A stretch of 63,989 bases of DNA, filler included, from Diploschistes diacapsis (Eukaryota): the NCBI GenBank assembly GCA_023645945.1. It is 6 parts of 6 records of this genome, joined end to end, with 100 filler letters (N's around TTAATTAATTAA, not from the genome) between each part and the next. Parts side by side here need not be neighbours in the genome. Positions count along the whole stretch, not along the records: positions 51,062 to 58,047 come from JALAIB010001324.1; positions 58,148 to 63,989 come from JALAIB010001472.1; 4 more parts are not named here. One strand, given 5' to 3'. Position 1 is the stretch's first letter. Each line of letters opens with the position of its first letter. Under the pieces are notes generated by a model, which made no database searches, was not told the origin of the DNA, and saw only the letters and a list, made by a program, of their open reading frames with translations. Of this stretch, positions 51,062-61,934 are shown piece after piece. The translations under genes were made by a program, and so were the position numbers.

Positions 51062-52027
51062 CCTCCCCCGTTTCCCCAATCCAGTCCCTCGCTCCATCAA
51101 CCGCTACCCTAGCCAGCCCCTTCGCACCCCTCCTCCTCCCTCTCCTCCCAGTATCATGGCCCAAACTTCCTTCCCTCACTGCACTCGGACTCCTCTGCCC
51201 CCCACTACCGCCAGCGCTCGGGCTCCTTGGACTTAACATAGCCCCCATATTCGGCAGGCCCAGCGCGCTGGAACTTCGTGCGGGCGAGACGAGTGGGGAG
51301 GTTGGGTCGGTCGCATACTCCGAGCCCATGCTCGGGAGAACGTTGTCACCTGCGGATAGGGAGATGAAGAGGGAGAAGGGCACGAGCCAAACTTGGAGGA
51401 AGAAGAAGGATGCTATTTCGGTGAAGGAGGGGAGGGCTGGGGCGGGGCTGTAGTAGGATGGAGGCGTAACGGAGCGTGGCGGGTGCGAGAAATGCAGGAA
51501 CCAGAGGTAGTGGTTTAGGAGGACGAGGACTGTGGGCCGAAGAGAGACAGAGTGGTCAGTGGATGGGATAAGATAAAGCTTCCCCGGAGAGGAGGGGGGG
51601 AAGAGGGTATAAATTGGGAGAGAGGTAAGGAGGGCATGGTTAGGGAAGGGGAGAGACTTACGGCAGGAAACTATGAAGATGGGATCGCTCAACCGGACGA
51701 TGGGGAAGTGCCGCAGATTCTGGTAGTAGATGGCGTGGCTACCGATGCTGAGGAGGGAGAGCCAGAAGGGCAGGCGGTCGACTGCGAGAAGGAGGAGCTG
51801 GCAGATCACCACAGTGTAGATGAGGCGGACGAGAAGCTTCTTGGCGGAGACTGTGTGCTCCTCTACGAGCTCAGAAAGGTAGTAAAGGCCCGATGCTGTG
51901 GGGGTGGATTGGTTAGTTGTGGGTGTATGGACTTTGAGGTAGGAAGGAGGTGCATACCGATAGCGAGGGTGAGGAAGCCAAAGCCGAGGAGAAGCCCCAG
52001 GTAGCCAATGAAGGGGAGAATCCACAT
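51062..52027 (-). CDS. SVP26: Svp26/Erv26 (TEX261) ER-Golgi cargo adaptor, 3'-truncated
   Basis: MWILPFIGYLG...FLTLAI|ASGLYYLSELVEEHT; NHYLWF; EIASFF...VWLVPFSLFISLSAGDNVLP; two introns. Confidence 0.93.
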
Positions 52028-54556
52028 TGCAGAGTTTCGCGCGTGAGGATGTTGGAGAATGGGGTTTGAATATACATTACAAAGTAAGGTGCGTTTGTAT
52101 AAAATTCATGCCGAGGACAAGTTGCGCTACCTCATTAGAGATGAGAGAACCCGGGCCGAGCTTTTCCGGAGAAGTTGGTTATCTACACACCTCTGCTAAA
52201 TACGCCCAATCAGGCCATACTATAACCCCTTTTCAATGTTCACGGTACAGGGGTAATACAGAGAACTCAATGAGCATCTGTTCGATGTTTAGGTCTACTG
52301 AAAGGTAGCACAGTTCTTCAGGTATTTCAACAATTATATGGTTTGATCTGAAGTATTTCTAGAGCTCTGAGGTGGATATAAAGTCGTAAAAAGGGGGTAT
52401 TTGGTGTGCCATTCATTCATCACTAATTGTGGCCTGCCAATATACCGAGCGCATATCGATAATTCTTATAGAGAAGTTATTTACCTACAAGCAAACCAGC
52501 TCTTCCCAATTCTCCTCCGCCACCCTCCAAGCCCCATATTCTCACTCCGCCGTCGCTCCTCACAACCCCTGACTGGGCAACGCCCTTCTCTTCTCACCTC
52601 CCATCACCTCTTCCCTAATCGTAGCCCGTAGACAGATAGTAGCCTCTCTTTAACCTCCAGACCCGCAAACCTGCGACAATGGTGTCGATCCTCGTCGTCG
52701 CTGTGAGGCCCCTATACTGCCTGCCAGCCCATTTCCACCGAAACGTGCCCAATTCTCAGTCGTTTTTGCTGCCTATTGCTTCTAGAACTTCCCTAGCGCA
52801 TAGCGGAGACTTGCTGGTATCGCACAGCCGTCGTTAGCGCCGTCGCCGCCCGCACGGCTTCGCTGAGCCTCCGTAATCGGTCTTCGAGCCTATCCAGCAC
52901 TCGACGCTCTCGATTTGACGGCCCAATACCTTCGACGATGGTCTGGGAGTGGAAAGAGGAAGATATGAAGCTTTCACATACACAAAACGAGGTGGTGGGT
53001 GGGAAGATGGGGTCGCTGTCCGCCATGACGGAGGAGAAGGGGGTATACAGAACACAATGAATACTCGCTCATACCTACTGCTTTCTCTCTGAGACTCACC
53101 TTTTGTACTTCTGATCATTGCGCGCTCACCTGAATCTCTCCTCACCCAGTAGTTGTGATGTAAGGCCGCTTTGCACCCTGCGCAGGCCTGGATCGGGGCC
53201 ACCCTCAGTGCGCAATCAATACCACCTACCTGTAGTCGTGCCATATACCATTCTACTGCCCTCACCTTCCACGATCCAATGCGCCTACTCCGCGACGTCC
53301 TACGGGCGTGGTGGTGCCGTGATGCGCGCTCCCCCTTTTTCCCAAGCCCTCACATCCTTCGTGCTCAATTACGGGCGCACACCCGTGTTCGCTGCCGCCA
53401 CACCCAAGCCACCCCTAAACGGTATAGTTTGACAGGCGGAACCGCAGTTCAAGGGCATGCTAACCCCTTTTCATAGGTCGTGAGCGAAGATTATCCCAAG
53501 AGTGCCCGTAAGACGGCGAGAATACTTAAGCGATTTGCGATCGTGATTCCTTTTGTTCCGCACCTTTTGCTAGATCTGCTTCATGCTTCACAGCTTCTGC
53601 TACTAGCTTCATTGGTTCCCTGCCCCAGTTTATACTGCTTCTTGCCTCGCGGCTCTTTTCTGACAACGCTTGCCCACCGCTCAAGCGCATATCGCGACTT
53701 CGCCTGTCAGCAACATCGACAAACCCCCTTGCTGCCATCAGGCTTGCTTCTGTGGTCCGGTATCCAAGATGCCGGGACTCCGAAACAGTGTGGTCGAATG
53801 GCCACAGTACCCGTAAGCATTCCCTCTTCACTGATGCTCTTCTTGCTTCTCCTCTATGCCCACTTTTCGACTTGTAGTCGTAGATGGTCGTCGGCGCTGC
53901 TGGGGGGTGTCTTGGACGGTCGGTCGGTCATCGTCTTCGATTGTGTATCCATCAAGGATCATATGGATGCTTGCAAGGACTTGGTCGTGGAGACTGGTTC
54001 TGGGACAGAGGAAAAGAGCTTGGACCTGGACTATCACATTGGCCTTGGGAATACACCTTCACACTGCTACTGGAACACATCACACTGGTGCTAAGACCTA
54101 CCCGCACTCCGCCATGGAACCATGTCATGCCGCCCTGGATGTGTGCCTTCACACTACCATTGGAGCTTATGGTGCCGACCTTGGGCTTGCCTTCACACCA
54201 CCACTGATGCGTCTGATCACTCACCATCATGCCGAAGCATACTGCGAGGGCCAAACGTTGTCTAGCGCACATCCTCCCCCCTTGAGATGTCGAAGCATGC
54301 GTCGAGTATCTATCAAGGTGTATCACGTGACCTTACTCACCAGGAGCACTTGGCCGGTAGATAGTTGTGGTTCCTGGACGTCCTCAGCAGCACGGCGCCT
54401 TCGATCTTGGGGGTTCACTGAGCGGCTTCTCAATCCATTTGGGCAACCTGCCAGTAACCTCCACAACCTCTTCGACAACACACCTGTCTCGTAGCCTCGT
54501 AGTCTCGTAGCTGTAGCTGTCATGGGACGGATCACGAATACTAACTGGTTAATAGG

Positions 54557-55222
54557 TTGGCTGCTGTCGCCACTGGGATACCTATGGTGGCACCATGGTG
54601 GCCCTTCGCACCTCCGACTCCGGCGGCTGGGAGAGACTGGGCAATGCAAAGCACCCTCTCCCAGCAGATCATGATGGTCGGCGTGGCACGTCGCCCGTTC
54701 CCGGAGCAGGCTCTGCCCTGCCCGAGGACTCGTGCCAGCTTCCCAGAGTGTTCTGGAATCCCCGTTCCCCTGGAGCAATTGGGGCGCTGCCGACGATCTG
54801 TCGCGCCTCCTGGGATGACCGCTCCCACTGTCGCCTTCCCTGGTGACAGTCAGATCCCGGGACCAAGCGCCGGCACCGCCTTCCCGAGTCGACCGAGGAC
54901 ATACAACCTCGAGGAGATCCTGCTGTTCCCGCGCGTGATCACCTGCGCCGAGGTCGACCAGGGACGGAAGCCGGTTTTCAAGGCGGCCAGGCGAACGAAC
55001 GAGAACCTGGAGAAGGCGCGCGGCCTTGCTCTCCGGGCACGCTACGTCGACCTTGTCGGCAAGACAAGGCGGGAGCTCGCCCCACGTGGCATCAAGTCCT
55101 GCATGAAGGGCGCAGGCGGCCGTCCCCAGAACCCGCCAGCCAAGTCTGTTCTGTGGGGTCGCTCGGCCAATCCGCAGCACCTTCGTAGGCACATGGGGCG
55201 AGGCCACGCCTTCTACCAGTGA
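54557..55222 (+). CDS. Orphan basic protein or terminal exon (~210 aa) upstream of the structured repeat arrays
   Basis: 221-codon open frame starting just after a CTAAC...TAG acceptor (54541-54555); GC3-rich codons in the 3' half; first ATG at 54584. Confidence 0.45.
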   Translation: MAAVATGIPMVAPWWPFAPPTPAAGRDWAMQSTLSQQIMMVGVARRPFPEQALPCPRTRASFPECSGIPVPLEQLGRCRRSVAPPGMTAPTVAFPGDSQIPGPSAGTAFPSRPRTYNLEEILLFPRVITCAEVDQGRKPVFKAARRTNENLEKARGLALRARYVDLVGKTRRELAPRGIKSCMKGAGGRPQNPPAKSVLWGRSANPQHLRRHMGRGHAFYQ

Positions 55223-55234
55223 TCGGTAGAAGGA

Positions 55235-55981
55235 CTCCGACAGCCTGGAGTAAGGGGCCAGGCTTGTCTTATCGGAGGATACCCTGTTCTTCTCTTTCGC
55301 TGTCCAATGTTCTGGAGTCAGGGGCCAGAACTGTCATGACGGACGATACCCTTTGCCTCTTCTTGTCGACTCTCCAAACTTCCGGAGTAAGGGGCCGGAA
55401 GCGACACCACGGAGGTTACCCTGCCTTCTCCTCTTTCTCCCTCTCGACTTCTCCTTCTCGACTCTCCAACGTTCTGGACTAAGGGGCCAGAACCGCCATC
55501 CTGGAGGTTACCCTGTCCTTCTTCTCTCCCTTCCCTCCCCCAGCACTTCTTCTTCTCGCTTCTCGGACATTTCGGAGTCAGGGGCCGAAATCGACACAGC
55601 CGAGGATACCCTCTGTCTTCTCTTCTCGACACTCCAACATTCCGGAGTAAGGGGCCGGAATCGCCACAACGGAGGATACTCTGTCTTTCTTCCCTCGCTT
55701 CTCCAACGTTCTGGATTTAGGGGCCAGAACCGACACAACGGAGGATACCCTGGAGCGGTCGTCTTGGTTCGCACCAGAGACCTCGACGCCGCATAGCCAG
55801 TTCGACATCTGGTTTTCTCTGTCCCATCCTCGGAAATCAGGGGTCCGAGGTGTCACAAGGGACGAAACCCTCGACCAGCCGTCTTGGTCGCTCCAGCAGA
55901 ATCGACAAGTCACCATCTGCTGCTCTCGACATCCCATGCTTGGAAGTAAGGGGTCCAAGCTGTCACAAGGGAAGATACCCT
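55235..55981 (+). repeat. Tandem array 1: nine 51-nt structured modules separated by mostly pyrimidine-rich spacers
   Basis: Units start at 55235, 55302, 55372, 55464, 55562, 55632, 55701, 55821, 55931; conserved loop ANTNAGGGG, covarying stems. Confidence 0.9.
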
Positions 55982-56020
55982 GGTTTCGGAGCGGCCAATG
56001 TGGCAGAATCAGGGTTGGAC

Positions 56021-57090
56021 AAGTGCCCGGGGATGGGTCTCAATGCTCGTGTCATTGAGGTGGCTGCTACCAAGGAAAGGCTTTGGGAAAAGTCGGGTGG
56101 GAGCAGCCGAGGAGACAAGCGGTCAGGGGTGACACCAGGTCTAGGATGGAAGTGCCCGGTAATGGGATTCGGCGCTCGTGTTCGTCGTCTCGTCAGCTGC
56201 CGAGGAGGGCTGTTGGAGCCAGGCGAGCTGATGGGGAAGCGGTCGGGCTGTGACACTGGGGTCTGGGATGGAAGTGCCCGGTCACGGGGCCTCATTGCTC
56301 GTGCCAATGAGGTGACTGCTGCCAGGGAAGGGCTTTGGGAAAAGCCGGGCGGTAGCAGTCGGAGGAGGTGCTGGGTGGAGGATCGAAGTGCCCGGACATG
56401 GGATTCGATGCTCGTGTCATCGTCTAGTCAGCTGCCATGGAGGGCTGCTGCAGCCAGGCGAGCTGGTGGGGAGAGTGGTGGTGGTGCTATCGTCGGAGTC
56501 GAGGGAAGAAGTGCCCGGGTATGGGATTCGACGCTCGTGTCGTCGTCTCGTCAGCTGCCATGGAGGGCTGCTGGAGCCAGGCGAGCTGATGGGGAAGCGG
56601 CCAATGTGGCAGTATCAGGGTTGGACAAGTGCCCGGTTAGGGGGTCTCATTGCTCGTGCCAATGAGGTGGCCCGCTACCAGGGAAGGGCTTCGAGAGAAG
56701 TCGGGCGGTAGCGGTCGGAGGACGCGTCTGGTGGAGGGTGGAAGTGCCCGGATAAGGGATTCGGCGCTCGTGTCGTCGTCTAATCAGCTGCCGCGGAGGG
56801 CTGTCTCAGAGCCAGGCGAGCTGATGGGGTAGCGGTCAGGCTGTGACACTAGGTCTAGGATAGTAGTGCCCGGTGATGGGATTCGGCGCTCGTGTCGTCG
56901 TCTCGTCGGTTTCCACGGAGGGCTGTCTTGGAGCCAGGAGAGCCGACGGGGTGAGCGGTCCAGTGACATTTGGGAGGAGGACAAGTGGCCGGATATGGCA
57001 GCCAGGGACTTGGAAAGCGGCCGAGTGTGGCGATGGGGTGGAGGATGAAGCGCCCGAGGTGGGACGTGGTGCTTGCAGTCACTGCGTGGC
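56021..57090 (+). repeat. Tandem array 2: eight full and two degenerate ~120-nt multi-hairpin modules of two subtypes
   Basis: AAGTGCCCGG-led units at 56021, 56150, 56272, 56386, 56509, 56627, 56742, 56864 (degenerate at 56983, 57048); conserved CTCGTGY loop. Confidence 0.9.
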
Positions 57091-58047
57091 CAGCTAATCG
57101 GGACTGACGGCCTGGTGAGTACAACTTGTGGCAACACCATAGGATATGGACTAACCTGAGAGTAGAGGGTCGTTTCGGGAGGGTTTCTGTTGGCGAGTAG
57201 GGGTTGGAGTCTCGACTCCCTAATCTGTAATCTGTAGTCGGGAGTCTGGCGCTTGGGGTCTATCGTCCATAGTCTGGGTCGGTCGTCCATAGTCTAGGGC
57301 CTCGAGTCTGTCGCTTACGCTTCGGCATTGGCTTTGGCTCTGGCGGCGCTGAGGCTGGTATGTTGCGCTGCTCCTTGCCACACGTGAGCGAGGAGGCTGG
57401 GGGCGATCAGTTCCCCTTCACCTCGCCTGTAAATGTTAGATTGCCTGGCAAACTGGAAAGGGAGTACGCAGTCTACTTCTATGGAGTATGCGAGTAGAGG
57501 AGGCAGCGTTTGTCGCAATAAAATCTTTTTCTTCATGCGTGTGCCACTTTGTGTTCACTGTAGGCGTAGATTGTGTCCCACTCCCCCTGAATTGCTGTTC
57601 CCTCGGTACTTTCTCCCCACACCACATCCGGTAAATCCAATCCATATCCTCGTTTAACCCTTTTGAGGATCTTCGCAAACCCTATCGCAAACCCTACTCG
57701 CCTACCTATACAGCAACACCACCACAACGACTTCATTTCTACTAGTCACTCAACACAACATTTTATGATCTAGCAATGTGCTCTGTACAGGGGTCACGTC
57801 ATTTCAATACCTACCCAAATTAAACTATCCGCGCCCAAACTCATTTCAACATCAACACCAACATCTTTGCACAATCACATCCTCGCATCCTCCATTCTTC
57901 CATCTTCCATTCTCGCATTCTCGCATTCTTGCATCTCGCACTCTCGCACCCGCGCGCCTGCGCACCCTTTCCACGAAAACGTCCCCCAAATGTCTCGCCC
58001 AGAAGACACACTGTGCGCGCCTCCACCCACCCCATCCCCCATAATCC

Positions 58048-58147
58048 NNNNNNNNNNNNNNNNNNNNNNNNNNNNNNNNNNNNNNNNNNNNTTAATTAAT
58101 TAANNNNNNNNNNNNNNNNNNNNNNNNNNNNNNNNNNNNNNNNNNNN
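58048..58147. other. Artificial contig spacer
   Basis: N44-TTAATTAATTAA-N44. Confidence 0.98.
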
Positions 58148-58500
58148 TTTTAAATGCGCGAGTAATTTTTTAAATATTAATATATTATTATCATTTTAGG
58201 ATTTATAAATAATCGTTAATATTAGATTCTATCAGAACCGAATTATTACCATACGATATAGTTATTATTGAGAAAGATCGAATATAAGATGAAAATAATA
58301 ATTTAAAATGGCCGGAATCTGGAAGTGGCCGGAATCCCCGTGAAACACGTTATAATGCCAAAACGATTCGGCCTTTTAAATATTTATAATAAAAGAATGT
58401 TATCGTACGAAAGGTGGAAATGTTAAGAAATATATTTTACGAAGGTACAGGGATTGTGAGCAGCTTTATGGTGTGATCCGTTATATGGTGAAACACGTTA
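58148..58500. mobile_element. AT-rich (RIP-like) pogo/Fot1-type DNA transposon ends
   Basis: TIR with internal direct repeat TGGCCGGAATC x2 ending ...GTGAAACACGT|TA at 58350-58352; second GTGAAACACGT|TA at 58488-58500; TpA-rich flanks. Confidence 0.65.
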
Positions 58501-58825
58501 GCTGGGAATATATGAAACTATTGAAAGTTTTCTTTCTTAGCCTCCACAAAGCTTTAAGTTTCAATCTATCTGCCCTATCAGAGGAAATAATTATCTCATG
58601 TTTCGAGTGACCTTTTTATTTCCTTTATATCTTTTATCCTTTTATACAGTGTATACTGGCTTGCGTCAGTGCAAGAACTCGGTAATCTCAATATTTATCT
58701 CTTCATGTTAACGTTGATGACATCGGAACCTGCCTTTTGTGACAATATCCCGTTGTCGCATCAATTTCGATTTTTCTTATCGTCCTCTCAACGGACTCAA
58801 GATCAGGGTATATAATATCTTGAAC

Positions 58826-61816
58826 ATGGGAACCTCGAACCAGTCACCGAAGAGCTGTGACCGGACCATGAAGGATGCCTCAGGAGGTCACGAAGACTAT
58901 GTCTCATTTAATGATAACACTATTGCACAAGACCCGGGTCATAGTCTGCATTTCCAGTCCACAAACGATTCCCAGGTCTATGGTCTGAACCATCTCTCTC
59001 TATCTCAGACTAGAGAGAGGGAACATCGAATCAACGACGAAATTGCCATGCTGCAGGCCGAGAGAGTGGTGTCAAATTCAAGAAATGCCCTCCGTCTCTC
59101 CCATTCCTTAGATAAATCCAGATCAAGAAGGACAGAACATATTGATGAATTTGATGTGAATACCAATCCCGTGCACGAGATTAACGCCGTGTACAAACCT
59201 CCAGAACATCCAGCATCAGAACTTCCCAAAATATTCAAGAAGATACACAATTCGAGTTTTCTAGTACGGTATTTCATGTACATAATACCAGTGGCCGCCT
59301 TGCTCCTTGTGCCCTTGCTGGTCGGCGCGCTTGTGTACGAGAATAGTGATAAGGGCGTCGGGGGTGTTGAATTATTGTGGTTTTCAGTGTGGCTAGAAAT
59401 CGTATGGCTTACACTATGGGCTGGTCGGGTAGGCCTCTCGATGCTTCTTGGAGAGAAGCAAAACTCACGCCCTGCAGATTGCCGCAAAAATGATACCATG
59501 GCCTCTTGGCCTCCTCTCAAGCTTGTTCACGAACAATAGCAAAAAATGGAGGGATATGGGCAAGCAGCTTGAACTTCCCATCACGCTTTTCTTCTGGTGG
59601 CTAGGTGTCGAGATATCGTTTCTGCCAACCATGATGAATCATAGGATTCCTGACTATACTGGAGATATAACCTGGATGACGATAGTCAACCAAATAATTA
59701 TCTCGATCTTCGTGGGAGCCGTGCTGAATCTGTTTGAGAAAATCATTATACAGCTTATTGCCATCAGCTTCCATCTCCGCACGTACGCTGACCGCATTGA
59801 GATCAATAAGTTTCAAATCGGAAGTCTGGTCAAACTGTACGACTACTCGAAAAAAAAGATCGCAATGGACGACTCGGATTTTGAAGATGATCCACATCTG
59901 TCTGGGCCTGGCTCTGGAACGCGAACGCCAATGCAATACGTTGAGAAGGCTAGACGTGACTTTACCTCGGGGTTCCGCAAAGTAGGCGATGTCGCAGGTA
60001 AGGTTGCCGGGGATTTCACGGGTAAACAAGTCACCCAAAGCACACATCCACATCAGGTCGTTCTGGTCCTTCTAAATTCGACTCAGGGTTCGCAGGTACT
60101 AGCTCGGCGGCTGTATCGTACATTTATCCACGAGGATGCTGAGACCGTATCATCAGAGGACATGCTGCCTGCCTTCGATAATGGTGACGAAGCCGAAGCT
60201 GCTTTTGCCATGTTTGATAAGGATCTGAATGGTGACATTTCCATGGAGGAGCTGGAGTCAGTCTGCGTCGAAATCGGTCGAGAGCGTAAGTCCATTACGG
60301 CGTCCTTGAAGGACTTGGACTCCGTTGTCTCCAAACTAGATGCCATACTTGTTTTTATAGTCGTTTGCATAACCTTACTAGTTCTCATCACGCTAATGTC
60401 AACTTCCGCCGCTGGAGTTTTAACGTCCGCCGGCTCGACAGTGCTCGCGCTCAGTTGGCTCTTCTCTGCAACAGCGCAGGAGTTTCTGCAGTCGATAATA
60501 TTTGTATTTGTGAAACACCCGTTTGATGGTGAGCCCAATCCCGTTTGATTGCGAGTAAATTACTGATCTTGGTGACAGTCGGCGATCGTGTTTCAATCTA
60601 CGGCAACACGGGAGCATCAATGAAGGGGGATGATTATTTTGTAAAAGAAATCTCTCTACTGTACACCGAGTTTAAGAAAATGGAGGGCCAGGTCGTCCAA
60701 GCGCCAAACAGCTATCTAAATTCTCTTTTCATTCTCAACATGCGTCGCTCAGGAGGGCTTGCGGAAGCTGTACCACTGACAGTCAAATTTGGAACCACCT
60801 TGAATGAAATAGAGGAGCTTCGAGGCCGGTTGCTAGAGTTTGTCAAGGCTGAGAAGCGCGAATACCAGGGCAATATACTTACAGAAATCCGGGATGTCGT
60901 TGAAGCTCATTCAATAAACCTGAATGTGGTATTCTTCTACAAGTCCAATTGGCAGAACGAAGGTCTACGCTTACAGCGGCGTAACAAATTTATCTGCGCT
61001 ATGATGGTTTCAATGCAAGAAATCGGGATAGAAGGTCCATTAATGCGACTGCCAGGCCAAAAGTCGAATATACCCTTTTATGTCCAATATCCTTCTGCTC
61101 GCTCCACAGAGACACTTGCTCCTGTCGATGAGATTCCTAGCTCTGTGGCCAACCCATCTGCCCGTGACCGTCTCTTCGTGCCCAGGATCACCGGTGAGCA
61201 TACAGAACCTCGACATCAACAGTCAACGTTACACTATCCAAGCACATTACGAGTGAGAGAAACCAGAGGAGAATCAGTTTCCTCTATGGCGAAAAGGGTG
61301 GATTTTTCGCTTGGTATGAGGGACTTTGCCTCCGGGGACGTGCTTGGGGACGTTTACGATAATGGACCGCGTATGCATGTTCCAGACATTGTGCGTAGGT
61401 CGGTCTCTCGAGGCCACGACGATAGGACAACTAAGGAGGATAATGCCTCCGTAGGTACCTCAACTGTCCGTAATGAGAACGGTGCACATTCTCGATTTTC
61501 ATTGTACCGTTCTTCAACGGAGGCGCGATCCAGAACGAAAGCCGCACATGGGACAATCCGTCCCAACCGGTTTTTCAGAAGTGGTGACAGAGATACAGAA
61601 ACAGACCCAGATCACGAATGCCTCATGGAGCGAGGTTTGGCTATCTCCGGGTCAGATATCCATTTGTCCAAAATTGACCCGAGAACTGGCACCACCAGCC
61701 AGCAGGCGATGCAAAGCAAGCCTCATAAAACCACGGACCGTGGAGTACCGGATAGAGACGCCGAGACCCAGGCACATGATGCTACAGACACTTTCGGAAT
61801 GAGAGAGATGAGCTGA
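58826..61816 (+). CDS. MscS-like mechanosensitive channel with EF-hand (Msy1/Msy2 type)
   Basis: [21 protein letters not shown]-hand [35 protein letters not shown]...N.RRS; introns 59429-59477 and 60529-60578. Confidence 0.94.
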
Positions 61817-61934
61817 GACCCTGTGTTGCCAAACACAGTTGAATGGAAGAATTTCAGTCCCCAGAAGCTGCACAGGACCTGCAGGGGTCCGGAACATTTG
61901 AGATGGTTGGGACAAGATTGACTTGGAGGCGACC

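Noticed and set aside
56040..56900. HDV-like ribozyme call for array 2 (CTCGTGY resembles an HDV L3 loop)
   Set aside because: The closing stem is 5-8 bp rather than a 3-bp P3, and no nested P1/P2, P1.1 GG or J4/2 catalytic C arrangement could be found
55235..57090. CRISPR array interpretation of the repeat-spacer pattern
   Set aside because: Eukaryotic context, no cas genes, repeats diverge with covariation, and spacers are related to each other or low-complexity
55219..57290. ORFs overlapping the arrays (e.g. 55850-56665, 55353-55796) as repeat proteins
   Set aside because: Repeat periods are mostly not multiples of three, so the same motif appears in different frames; variation tracks base pairing rather than codons
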